Shown piece by piece: positions 8,988 to 17,601 of a stretch of DNA of 27,409 nt (position 1 is the stretch's first letter; each line of letters opens with the position of its first letter). The position numbers and the translations under genes are program-made. The stretch spans positions 1-27,409 of the forward strand of contig JBHLRQ010000034.1 of the NCBI GenBank assembly GCA_048882385.1, written 5' to 3'. Origin of the DNA: Candidatus Thorarchaeota archaeon. Lineage in GTDB: Archaea; Asgardarchaeota; Thorarchaeia; Thorarchaeales; Thorarchaeaceae. Below the pieces are notes generated by a model. That model saw nothing but the letters and a program-made list of their open reading frames with translations, was not told the DNA's origin and made no database searches.

Positions 8988-10916
8988 ATGGGCTATATCG
9001 GCAGGCTGATTGGCTACTCGCTACGACACAAGAAGATAGTGTTTGGTTTCCTCCTCTGTACTGGTATTGGTACTTTTTTCAACCTCCTGGCTCCTCTCGT
9101 ATTGATACACATAATTGACAATGTAATATTGTCCAATAATCTAGACCAACTTCTACCATTCACTCTGATTTATGTGTCATTGGGCCTTCTTTATGCATTT
9201 TTTGACACTGTAGGTAGATATGGAGCGGCCATTTCGTCTCAGAGTGTGATATATGACCTCAGGAAAGAGATCTATGATAGTCTCATGGAGAAGGATTTAG
9301 GATTCTATGATGAGAATGAAACAGGTCAGCTTCTTGCACGCGCAACAACAGATGTCACCACAATGAGAGAGTTTCTATATTGGGGACTTCGGGTTGTGTT
9401 CATTGGTTTGGCAATGCTCATAGGAACCTTCATTGTGATGTACACAGTAAGTCCCGAACTAACAGTCTATATGTTCATCCTCATTCCAGTGATCATTGGA
9501 TTCATCTACGTCTTCGCGAAGAAGATTCGACCTGTCTTCTTTGAAGCCAGAGAACAATATGGTGTACTTAGCTCGGTATTGGCGGAGAATGTCTATGGTC
9601 ACAAAGTAGTCAGATCCTATGCACAGGAAGACAGAGAAGGAGAGAGAGTCGAGAGAGAGAATCGTGGGTTTCTGGAGCTACGAGTAGAAGCAAGCAGACT
9701 TCTTTCGTTCTATCATCCTATGCTCCCCTCATTGTTTGGTGCAGTCATTGGAGTTTTGATCTATATTGGTGGAGATCTCGTAAATAGAGTGCCAGCACCC
9801 TTAACATTGGGAGAATTTGTAGGTTTTGTATCTCTTGTGGGAATGTTGATGATGCCAGCAAGATTCCTAAGCTGGGGGGTTGGAATGTATCAGCGTGCAT
9901 CTGCGGCAGGAGAAAGAACATTCTATATCTTGGATGCCGCTGAACTTGTTAAAAATCCACCAAATCCAATCGAGGTCAAAGATTTCGCAGGTGCTGTTGA
10001 TTTTGATAGTGTCTTCTTTAGTTACTCTGGGGATAACTTCATACTTCGTGATATTTCGATGAGTGTGAAACCTGGGCAAATTGTAGCACTACTTGGAGGA
10101 ACGGGTTCAGGAAAAACCAGTCTAGTCAATCTGATTCCAAGGTTCTATGATGTGGATACCGGAAGTACAGTCACCTACCAAGGAAAAACATTCTGTGTTA
10201 GTGATAATGGTAAAGTAAAGATTAGGGAAAAGAAATACACAGTCAAGGGAAACTACGTCGAAATCGATGGGAATCGTATCGAAGTCAAGCCCCCAGGAAC
10301 AATCCGGGTCAATAACATTGATGTAAGGGAATATGCTATAGAGGATCTTAGAAAGCGGATTGGCATGGTCCATCAAGATCCATTTCTGTTCTCAGCTACA
10401 ATTCGCGAAAACATCTCCTTTGGGAAACCTGATGCAACTTTAGAAGAGGTCGAAGCTGCTGCAAAAGCAGCAATGATTCATGATTTCATTGTTACACTTG
10501 AGAACACATATGATACAGAGATAGGAGAGCGAGGAGTGACGCTGAGCGGTGGACAGAAACAACGAGTAGCAATTGCTCGTGCACTCTTGGCGGATCCTGC
10601 TATTCTGATTCTCGATGATTCGACGAGCTCAGTTGATGCAAAGACGGAGATGCTCATCCAAAAAGCATTGGAAAATCTGATGAAAAACCGGACCACTTTC
10701 ATCATCACCCATCGCCTAAGTACAGTTAGGAATGCCAATCTAATTGTCATGCTTGAACGTGGAAAGATCGTTGAGATAGGTTCTCATCAAGAATTAGTAC
10801 AGACAGATGGTCTATACTCAGCAATATATCAGACACTTACAGAGATGGAGCTTGCAGCCATTGTCACAGATGAATCCGGTGCGGAAGTAAGTGTTAGGGG
10901 AGGTGGAAGCACTTGA
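8988..10916 (+). CDS. ABC exporter half-transporter (TMD+NBD), subunit with a degenerate Walker B
   Basis: 6-TM domain, Walker A GGTGSGKT, signature LSGGQ, Walker B ILILDD (D replaces the catalytic E); ~45-aa insertion in the NBD. Confidence 0.92.
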   Translation: MGYIGRLIGYSLRHKKIVFGFLLCTGIGTFFNLLAPLVLIHIIDNVILSNNLDQLLPFTLIYVSLGLLYAFFDTVGRYGAAISSQSVIYDLRKEIYDSLMEKDLGFYDENETGQLLARATTDVTTMREFLYWGLRVVFIGLAMLIGTFIVMYTVSPELTVYMFILIPVIIGFIYVFAKKIRPVFFEAREQYGVLSSVLAENVYGHKVVRSYAQEDREGERVERENRGFLELRVEASRLLSFYHPMLPSLFGAVIGVLIYIGGDLVNRVPAPLTLGEFVGFVSLVGMLMMPARFLSWGVGMYQRASAAGERTFYILDAAELVKNPPNPIEVKDFAGAVDFDSVFFSYSGDNFILRDISMSVKPGQIVALLGGTGSGKTSLVNLIPRFYDVDTGSTVTYQGKTFCVSDNGKVKIREKKYTVKGNYVEIDGNRIEVKPPGTIRVNNIDVREYAIEDLRKRIGMVHQDPFLFSATIRENISFGKPDATLEEVEAAAKAAMIHDFIVTLENTYDTEIGERGVTLSGGQKQRVAIARALLADPAILILDDSTSSVDAKTEMLIQKALENLMKNRTTFIITHRLSTVRNANLIVMLERGKIVEIGSHQELVQTDGLYSAIYQTLTEMELAAIVTDESGAEVSVRGGGST

Positions 10917-12715
10917 GTTTGGACCGAGAGGATGATCCAGATGCAAGGACCTACAAATACGCAGATCGGACCCTTCTCTGGAGAATGGTGCAATACCTTC
11001 TTGCGTATAGGCTGCTGTTTGCCTCCGTGGTCATACTGACTGTGTTAGGCATCATAATTAGCGTTTGGACTCCGTTTATCATGATGCAAGCAATTGATGT
11101 TGACTTTCCAAGTGGCAACCTACAGGCTATATTATTCACTGCTTTGTTCTACATTATCTTGCAGTTCTTTGCTTGGTTTGCAGCATATGGACAAGAGTAT
11201 CTTATGGCATTAATGGGTCAACGTGCAGTCTATGACATAAGGCAAGATCTCTATACTCATGTACAGGAGATGTCTGAAGAGTTTCATGACCACTCGTCAG
11301 CTGGCAGAGTGATTTCAAGACTGACAAATGATGTTGACAGAATGAGTGAGCTTCTCAGTGGGGGACTCATAAGCACCTTTGCGCAAATCTTTGTCGTATT
11401 TGCGATAGGTTTTGTCATCTTCACTGTTGACACTAGACTAGCTCTTGCATCTTTGTCAGTTGTACCAGTACTTCTCATAACAACCCTCTACTTCAGAAAG
11501 AAATTGAGAGAGGCATATAGGAACACAAGGAAGACAATTTCAGGGGTCACTGCAAACTATGCAGAAAGCATCTCTGGTGCAAAGGTAACTAAGAGCTTTG
11601 CCCGAGAAAGAATCAGCGCTGAAATATTCGATGAAGTGAATAAAAAAGACTATCAAGCAAATATTGATGCGGGAAAAGCGCAGGCTACCTTCTTCCCAGT
11701 TATACGGTTCATCAGCGGCCTAGGCATCGCCATCGTATTTCTTGTTGGAGGATTTCTCTACATTCAGGACCCACTGACAATCACCCTAGGAACAATAGTA
11801 CTCTTCCTTCAGTTCAATGACCGATTCTTCAGACCTATCCTTATCATAGCCAACTTCTACACATCGGTACAGAGCGCCTTTGCTGGTGGTGAGAGAGTGT
11901 TCACAGTGATTGATACAAGTCCTGCTGTTGTGGACCGTCCCGATGCGAGTCCTATGCCTGAAATTGAGGGTTTGATTCAATTCAATATTGATGAGTTTAG
12001 GTATGGCGACGGACCAATAGTTCTAGACGATTTCCATCTTGAGATCAAACCAGGCGAAACAGTAGCTCTGGTAGGAGATACGGGGGCTGGGAAGACAACA
12101 GTAGTGAGTCTACTCAATAGGTTCTATGAGATAATCAATGGATCAATTAAGATTGATGGGATTGACATCCGTTCTGTCACTCAAAAATCACTCAATGCAA
12201 AAATCGGACTTGTCCTCCAGGACCCATTCCTGTTTATGGGCACTATTAGAGAGAACATCAGATATGGCAGGCCAGAAGCAACTGATGATGAGATTATTGC
12301 AGCTACTGAAGCAATCGGAGCACGTAGGATATTTGAGAGTCTGGAAAATGGTTTTGATACAGAGGTTGGAGAACGAGGTGGTAGACTATCAGAAGGAGAA
12401 CGTCAATTAGTCAGTTTTGCGCGTGCTCTTCTTGCAAATCCAAAGATCCTTGTGCTTGACGAAGCCACAAGTTCTGTTGACATCTATACAGAATATGCTA
12501 TCCAAAAAGGAATGAAAGCACTCCTTACAGGAAGAACATCAATCGTGATTGCACATAGACTTTCAACCATTGTGAATGCGGACAGAATCATTGTCATTGA
12601 GAAGGGCAAGATTGTAGAAATTGGTAGACATGCAGAACTAATGCAAAGCAAAGGTAAGTACTACTCACTCTACGAACTGCAGATTCGACCTCGAGCTATC
12701 AGAGCGTCATCATAG
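10913..12715 (+). CDS. ABC exporter half-transporter, partner subunit
   Basis: Walker A GDTGAGKT, degenerate signature LSEGE, Walker B VLDE, H-loop AHR; TTG start overlaps the upstream TGA. Confidence 0.92.
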   Translation: MSLDREDDPDARTYKYADRTLLWRMVQYLLAYRLLFASVVILTVLGIIISVWTPFIMMQAIDVDFPSGNLQAILFTALFYIILQFFAWFAAYGQEYLMALMGQRAVYDIRQDLYTHVQEMSEEFHDHSSAGRVISRLTNDVDRMSELLSGGLISTFAQIFVVFAIGFVIFTVDTRLALASLSVVPVLLITTLYFRKKLREAYRNTRKTISGVTANYAESISGAKVTKSFARERISAEIFDEVNKKDYQANIDAGKAQATFFPVIRFISGLGIAIVFLVGGFLYIQDPLTITLGTIVLFLQFNDRFFRPILIIANFYTSVQSAFAGGERVFTVIDTSPAVVDRPDASPMPEIEGLIQFNIDEFRYGDGPIVLDDFHLEIKPGETVALVGDTGAGKTTVVSLLNRFYEIINGSIKIDGIDIRSVTQKSLNAKIGLVLQDPFLFMGTIRENIRYGRPEATDDEIIAATEAIGARRIFESLENGFDTEVGERGGRLSEGERQLVSFARALLANPKILVLDEATSSVDIYTEYAIQKGMKALLTGRTSIVIAHRLSTIVNADRIIVIEKGKIVEIGRHAELMQSKGKYYSLYELQIRPRAIRASS

Positions 12716-12758
12716 CTAAAAAGGAAAGGGGGGTCCCCGAAGAAGAGGAGGGGGACCC
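12715..12758 (-). terminator. GC hairpin plus minus-strand pyrimidine tract between convergent operons
   Basis: GGGTCCCC(12731-38)...GGGGACCC(12751-58), then CCCTTTCCTTTTT on the minus strand. Confidence 0.6.
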
Positions 12759-12906
12759 GAAACATGCTTTCTGCTTAGTTTGTGAATTAGTCATTAAGAC
12801 TAATGTCACCATGATTTCTTGGCGTGCTTTCATACCAGATGGGGAGAATGAAATGGACAGCCTCAGATTCGGTTCTGGGAAGTTCTTTGTGTCTAATCAT
12901 GCCTGT

Positions 12907-13683
12907 TCAGTCCTTCCAGTCAAAATCATCAACATTGTCCCATGCATAAGGAAAGCCTTTCATTGAGTGTTTCATGGATTTCATCGATTTGAGACCCTTC
13001 AGTCCTTTCATCGCTCCAGCCACTGATCTCGAAACTATTGGACCAATGTCTAGAAAATTATCAAGCCCAACAATTCCATCCTTACCTACAATGATCTGCT
13101 TGCCATCTGAGTTGGACACAACAACTCCGGACCTGCTCACTGACACGAGGTTGTCATCACCAACCACATGGATCATCTTGCCATAGATGAACACAAGTCC
13201 TTTTTTCTCGCTCAGAACAAGTAGGATTTTCGTCCCAGTATTGTCCCGACCAAAGAAGACCCATGTATCTCTCTTCTGGTCGATCTTTGAATGAGTATCC
13301 TCACCATTCACAAATTCTTCGATCGTGGATCTCACTGATGTGATGAAGGCATCAACATTGGTGTATTCCTGACTTCTCAAATCGGAAATGTCAGCGATCT
13401 TGGATATATTCTCCAGTGAAGTCGCACCAATGAACAACTGAACTCCAACTAAAGTTCCAGTAACTGACTCGCCCATGGCGCCCATTCTGGTTTCTGCAAT
13501 TGCATCTACTGCAAATCTGGACGGTCCGGAAAATGCAACTCCAATCCTCACGCCATCTTCAAGGAGGTATGCCCAAACGCATCCCGCCTCGAGTTTGACA
13601 TAGGCCTTCTCATGTGAAATGATTTCAACCTCTTGTGTTATGACCATTACATTGCTATCTGGTGTTATCTTATTCAACATCAA
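12907..13683 (-). CDS. Hypothetical beta-rich protein, co-transcribed with the ArsR regulator
   Basis: GGAGG RBS in the 7-nt gap after the upstream stop; C-terminal MKG/LKG/MKS repeats and a DDFDWKD end. Confidence 0.7.
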   Translation of the reverse strand: MMLNKITPDSNVMVITQEVEIISHEKAYVKLEAGCVWAYLLEDGVRIGVAFSGPSRFAVDAIAETRMGAMGESVTGTLVGVQLFIGATSLENISKIADISDLRSQEYTNVDAFITSVRSTIEEFVNGEDTHSKIDQKRDTWVFFGRDNTGTKILLVLSEKKGLVFIYGKMIHVVGDDNLVSVSRSGVVVSNSDGKQIIVGKDGIVGLDNFLDIGPIVSRSVAGAMKGLKGLKSMKSMKHSMKGFPYAWDNVDDFDWKD

Positions 13684-13690
13684 ATCCTCC

Positions 13691-14617
13691 TCAGTCTTCC
13701 CAGTCTAAATCGTCTAAATCATCAGTATCATCATCATCCTCTTCTGAAACATCGAGGTCTTCCATTTGCTCCTCAAGCTCTTCTCGCTGTTCTTCAAGCT
13801 CTCCCCTCTGTTCCTCAAGCTCTTCAGCAAGTTCTTCAAGATGAGCTCTTGCAGACTCTGTAGCATCCTCATCCTCTACGATGACAACACTTTCATCATC
13901 ATCAAACTCGACACTCACTTCTCCATTGTTGCCAGTTTGTTTTCTTTGATTCTCGATTCTGTATGTCAGCCACTGAGCAAGTCGATAGGCCAGCCGTCCT
14001 TCCACTGTGACATAGTAGGTTCCTCGGACTTCGCCTTTTACAACATAGCCAGCATCAATCAATGGATTGAGATGATGTGTCAATGAGCTCCCTGTTTTGC
14101 CTGTGAATTCCTCAATTTCATTGAAGCCCTTTCCGCCAGACTTGAGGTAGTCGAGAATTTTCAACCTCTCTTCATTTCCAAGAGGCGCAACTATTTGGGC
14201 CACTCTCTCAGGTGCAATAGACTCAATCATAGCCAACTGTTCCTTTCTCTTCTTGGTTCTACGTCGACCCTTGTGAATACGAATGCCTGGTACTTTCAGA
14301 CCATCGATGCTACTCAGACTCATCTCAATTGAGCGGCCCAATCCATCCATCATGTTCTCAAGAGAGTCTGTAAGATCTTCAAGATCTAGGTCTACTCTAG
14401 CGACTCTTGGTACTCTCGGCACACGTCCAACTCTTGGTGGTCTAGGTGTTCTAGGAGTTTTAGGAGCTCTTTGCTCTCCATGTCGTTGTATTTCAGCTCT
14501 ACGTCGATACTCGTCCGCCTTCTCACGACGAACAGCTTCAACTTCTCGTCGTAGCTCTTCTTTGAGCCTACGAACCTCTTCAAGCTCCTTGCGAATATTG
14601 TCTATTTCGTCACTCAT
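13691..14617 (-). CDS. ArsR-family wHTH regulator with coiled-coil and low-complexity extensions
   Basis: PLGNEERLKILDYL...SSLTHHLNPLIDAGYV...YYVTVEG core. Start is ATG 14617 or TTG 14632. Confidence 0.8.
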   Translation of the reverse strand: MSDEIDNIRKELEEVRRLKEELRREVEAVRREKADEYRRRAEIQRHGEQRAPKTPRTPRPPRVGRVPRVPRVARVDLDLEDLTDSLENMMDGLGRSIEMSLSSIDGLKVPGIRIHKGRRRTKKRKEQLAMIESIAPERVAQIVAPLGNEERLKILDYLKSGGKGFNEIEEFTGKTGSSLTHHLNPLIDAGYVVKGEVRGTYYVTVEGRLAYRLAQWLTYRIENQRKQTGNNGEVSVEFDDDESVVIVEDEDATESARAHLEELAEELEEQRGELEEQREELEEQMEDLDVSEEDDDDTDDLDDLDWED

Positions 14618-14630
14618 TGTATTGTTCGCC

Positions 14631-14684
14631 AACTGTAATAATGTACAGTTTTAATATAAAGCTTGTGGATGTAGTAATATACAT
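14631..14684 (-). promoter_or_regulatory. TATA box flanked by two TGTA-N6-TACA operators
   Basis: AACTGTA-ataatg-TACAGTT (14631-50) and ATGTA-gtaata-TACAT (14669-84) flank minus-strand TTTATATTAA (14651-60). Confidence 0.65.
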
Positions 14685-14864
14685 TTTTAACTCAATGAGG
14701 ACCAAAAAATGTCAAAATGATGAATGAGGCTCTAGCTTTGATAGAATGCGTTTCTACGACATATCCTTATTAACTACTCAACTAACCAATTCTGCACCTG
14801 CCGCTAGGGGGAGGAGATACTTGCCTCTCTGTTTGGTGGTGGGAAATCATAGAGGTTCTAAATA

Positions 14865-15065
14865 ATGTCAAAGAAGAAAGCGAAAGCACCAAAATATACC
14901 TTCTTTGTGAAGAAAGCAATCCAAGACTTTGCGAAGGACAATGGCATGATGGTTGGCAGTGATGCATACGATGCTGTCAACGATGCAGTTAACGCCGCCT
15001 TAAGTCGTGCAGCCGAACGCTGCAAGAATAATGGTAGGAAGACACTGAAAGCCTACGATTTCTAG
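14865..15065 (+). CDS. Short histone-fold protein (alpha3/face-to-face-type prokaryotic histone) with a Lys-rich N-terminal tail
   Basis: FVKKAIQDFAK (alpha1), MVGSDAYDAVNDAVNAALSRAAERCKNN (short alpha2), GRKTLKAYDF (RxTxxxxD clamp, truncated alpha3); GAGG RBS. Confidence 0.85.
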   Translation: MSKKKAKAPKYTFFVKKAIQDFAKDNGMMVGSDAYDAVNDAVNAALSRAAERCKNNGRKTLKAYDF

Positions 15066-15080
15066 ATTGCTTAGTTTAAA

Positions 15081-15134
15081 GACCGGGAGGGTAGCTTTGA
15101 AGCTACCCCACCACCGGTTTCAACATCTCTTTTT
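15081..15134 (+). terminator. Hairpin plus T-tract after the histone gene
   Basis: GGGTAGCT-ttga-AGCTACCC inner stem, GACCGG/CCGGTT outer stem, then TCTCTTTTT. Confidence 0.7.
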
Positions 15135-15200
15135 GTGAAACAACTGCGTTGAAAAGCACGCTTATCTGAAAACTCAGTTAATGTGATTGAGGTGTCATCT

Positions 15201-15464
15201 ATGCCATCCAATGAGAAACCTCGCGGGTACTATCTAGTTCTCTTTATCATGCTACTACCCATTCTAGTAATCCTCCTCTTACCTTTACTCTCAATTGGAA
15301 TTGGTGGTCTACCAGCAGCCTTACTTATGATCGCGTTTGTAGTACTCCCTCTGGTAAGTTGTGGAACAGGATTCAAAGGCAGAGGACTTTTTCAATCTCA
15401 TTATCACGGTGAACCATTCAAGGACGAGGTAATGGACATCTCAGAAGACGATAGGATAGTATGA
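15201..15464 (+). CDS. Small 2-TM membrane protein
   Basis: GAGGTG RBS before ATG 15201; two hydrophobic helices and an acidic tail. Confidence 0.6.
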   Translation: MPSNEKPRGYYLVLFIMLLPILVILLLPLLSIGIGGLPAALLMIAFVVLPLVSCGTGFKGRGLFQSHYHGEPFKDEVMDISEDDRIV

Positions 15465-15515
15465 AATAGAGATAATGACATTGTAGGTTCAGGGTTTGTA
15501 ACAGGCGGGAATCAA

Positions 15516-16019
15516 TTGGGGATTGAGAGTGAATCAGTTCAGAATGACTCGCGTCTTACAGCGAGGGTTGTAGTAATTGACATTGTGAAATATACTGTTC
15601 ATGGATTCCTGATGACAGCAGCATTTGTAGGTCTGGATTATTATATGGAAGTCTTGCTAGTGAATTCATTTTTTGGAAACAGAATCTTTTTTCTCCCCCT
15701 TTTACTGATGTTGTGTGTTCCTTTGGTCTTCATCCTTCTGGGCGCTTTAAACAGAGCTTTGACAGAACAACTATGGAATTACAAGGCGAGTAACAATTGG
15801 GCGAGTCTTTTGGTACAGGGCGTCATAATCTCTTTCATCACTATGTATGCGATGGGAATTTTCGAAAACCTGCTCATGGCTTTCTTTCATGTATTTCCGT
15901 ATGGTTTCATTGGAGTTTTTTTCCTATTGCCATACACCTTAATCATAATACCCTTCTTTGGACTGATCTGCAAAGTTGTTCTTGTAACACTCATGGATAT
16001 CGCAAAAGCGATTGGATAG
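15516..16019 (+). CDS. Hypothetical 4-TM membrane protein
   Basis: Four hydrophobic segments; TTG start after GGCGGG. Confidence 0.65.
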   Translation: MGIESESVQNDSRLTARVVVIDIVKYTVHGFLMTAAFVGLDYYMEVLLVNSFFGNRIFFLPLLLMLCVPLVFILLGALNRALTEQLWNYKASNNWASLLVQGVIISFITMYAMGIFENLLMAFFHVFPYGFIGVFFLLPYTLIIIPFFGLICKVVLVTLMDIAKAIG

Positions 16020-16098
16020 TTTGTCGTTCTTTTGGACTATTTGGAGTAATTCTTACCCTGTTCAACATGCTATAATGCAACTATGATATGTGTAGGAT

Positions 16099-16584
16099 GT
16101 GGTGAAAATGGATAACAGTCCAATATTCACATCAAGGCTCAGAATAGCTATTATTGTCATAGCCATCATTATTGTCTTTGTTCTTCCATATGGATATCAT
16201 GTAGACTTAGGACCTGGACCAAATGGTTTCATGGCTATTCTTTGGGAGCTTCCTGAGTTTCAGGTCCTCCCTGAATATCCTGGTATTATGCCTCTGACAG
16301 CTCTGGAATACTTCATTTACTATCTCTATCGACTCGTTGTCTTGTACGCAATCTGGAAATTCTCACTTGGGATGATGAAACAAAAAAGACTCTTGACTCA
16401 TGGAATACTATCAGAGTTGATTCCAATACTCATTTCTATTCCAGGGATTCTTATCCTTGATCCATCAGGACACAATTACATTCCAATAATGATACCCATT
16501 CCTATTCTGGTATTCTACTGTGGATTACTTGTGGTGTACCAGCAATATCTTACAAAGAACAGAAGGCTAGAACAAAGTAGTTGA
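16099..16584 (+). CDS. Hypothetical 4-TM membrane protein (paralog family with 18314 and 20228)
   Basis: Hydrophobic helices; IWKFSLGMMKQK loop; C-terminal IPIPIL. Confidence 0.7.
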   Translation: MVKMDNSPIFTSRLRIAIIVIAIIIVFVLPYGYHVDLGPGPNGFMAILWELPEFQVLPEYPGIMPLTALEYFIYYLYRLVVLYAIWKFSLGMMKQKRLLTHGILSELIPILISIPGILILDPSGHNYIPIMIPIPILVFYCGLLVVYQQYLTKNRRLEQSS

Positions 16585-16776
16585 AACAGATTCTATAAAT
16601 GCCATTCATAGGGAGTCCTCTCAATTGGAGAGATGAGCGAGATCCCAATCGCATATCCTGAATCATTTTAGTACGAATCTTATTCCTTCTAAAGACAGAT
16701 TATATCATTGATTGATTGATCTTGGTGAGTATTTCCATCTTATTTCAATTTGAACTGCAAATGTGGGGGTTTATCG

Positions 16777-16893
16777 ATGCAACAGACTTTGAGTCCAGAG
16801 GAGGTAATCCTCTTCTTAATACTTACTGCAATGGGGCTGTTAGCACTGTGTATGATATTTGGCTACATGATCTATGGAGAAGAAGAAGAATAG
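16777..16893 (+). CDS. 38-aa single-TM microprotein (absent from the ORF track)
   Basis: MQQTLSPEEVILFLILTAMGLLALCMIFGYMIYGEEEE*, preceded by a GGGGGT RBS-like element. Confidence 0.55.
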   Translation: MQQTLSPEEVILFLILTAMGLLALCMIFGYMIYGEEEE

Positions 16894-16914
16894 TCTAGAT
16901 ATAAACAAAAGATC

Positions 16915-17601
16915 CTAGTCCAATGACCCATTAGCCACATGTTGCGGTTGTCTAGATTTGGGTAGGAACAGAAACAGCACATAAACTCCAAGTGCCATGA
17001 ATATGGCCCAGAAGCCGATGTCAAGAATAATTTGACTAAGCAAGAAAGAGCTAGGCAAGAAGGATAGAGTCATAGGAAAGGCCAGTTTTATGATTGATAT
17101 TGAGAGAATTGCAAGAGAGATGATGAAGCTGAGTAAGTAGTTCCCTGAGAGATAGCTTGTTTTGACTTGGTCTTTAATTCGTTTGAGCTGTTCAAAGAAA
17201 ACTAGTCCAGCTATTACCATCAAAGATCCTGTGACAATATACTCTCCGAGGAGTACTCCAATGTAGAGATGAGTGAGATTAATGAACTCGCTCTGGTCAT
17301 CCATTGCTAGGCTCTGGAAGATTGGCAAACCGTCTGGCCAACCTATCACAATTCGATAGTAGAATTGGTTTGTGTCATAATCCCGATATTGTTGCATAGT
17401 AAAAGGATAAGCTGATGGTGGCATCACTCTAAGTTCTTGATTAGAGCCAGCAGGGATCTCCACAATCGGGAAACTTCCGGAGGTGATCGCAACCAATCCT
17501 GTAACCAGTACTGCGATAATGGTTATACGCAGGGTTTTGTTGACGATTGTATTGTTCTGACGATTCCATGCAATAATACATGCGAGTACGACAAAGATCA
17601 T
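16915..17601 (-). CDS. Hypothetical membrane protein with an extracellular loop
   Basis: N-terminal TM, an ~65-aa polar loop and three further TM helices; start uncertain. Confidence 0.6.
   Translation of the reverse strand: MIFVVLACIIAWNRQNNTIVNKTLRITIIAVLVTGLVAITSGSFPIVEIPAGSNQELRVMPPSAYPFTMQQYRDYDTNQFYYRIVIGWPDGLPIFQSLAMDDQSEFINLTHLYIGVLLGEYIVTGSLMVIAGLVFFEQLKRIKDQVKTSYLSGNYLLSFIISLAILSISIIKLAFPMTLSFLPSSFLLSQIILDIGFWAIFMALGVYVLFLFLPKSRQPQHVANGSLD

Noticed and set aside
10152-10295. Intein in the ABC NBD
   Set aside because: Too short, and lacks the C-terminal HN-C/S/T and block B motifs.
12759-12906. SECIS element / selenocysteine read-through
   Set aside because: The AUGA...GA candidates do not form the required helix, and no in-frame TGA at a Cys-equivalent position was seen in nearby genes.
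13633-14086. Ser-rich and Leu/Phe-rich plus-strand ORFs, and similar short antisense ORFs elsewhere
   Set aside because: Antisense shadows of well-supported genes, here caused by the Glu/Asp-rich repeats.
16628-16680. Possible sixth etfA-tail copy (hairpin plus CCTGAATC)
   Set aside because: Only an 8-nt exact match and no recognisable translation; needs a profile search.
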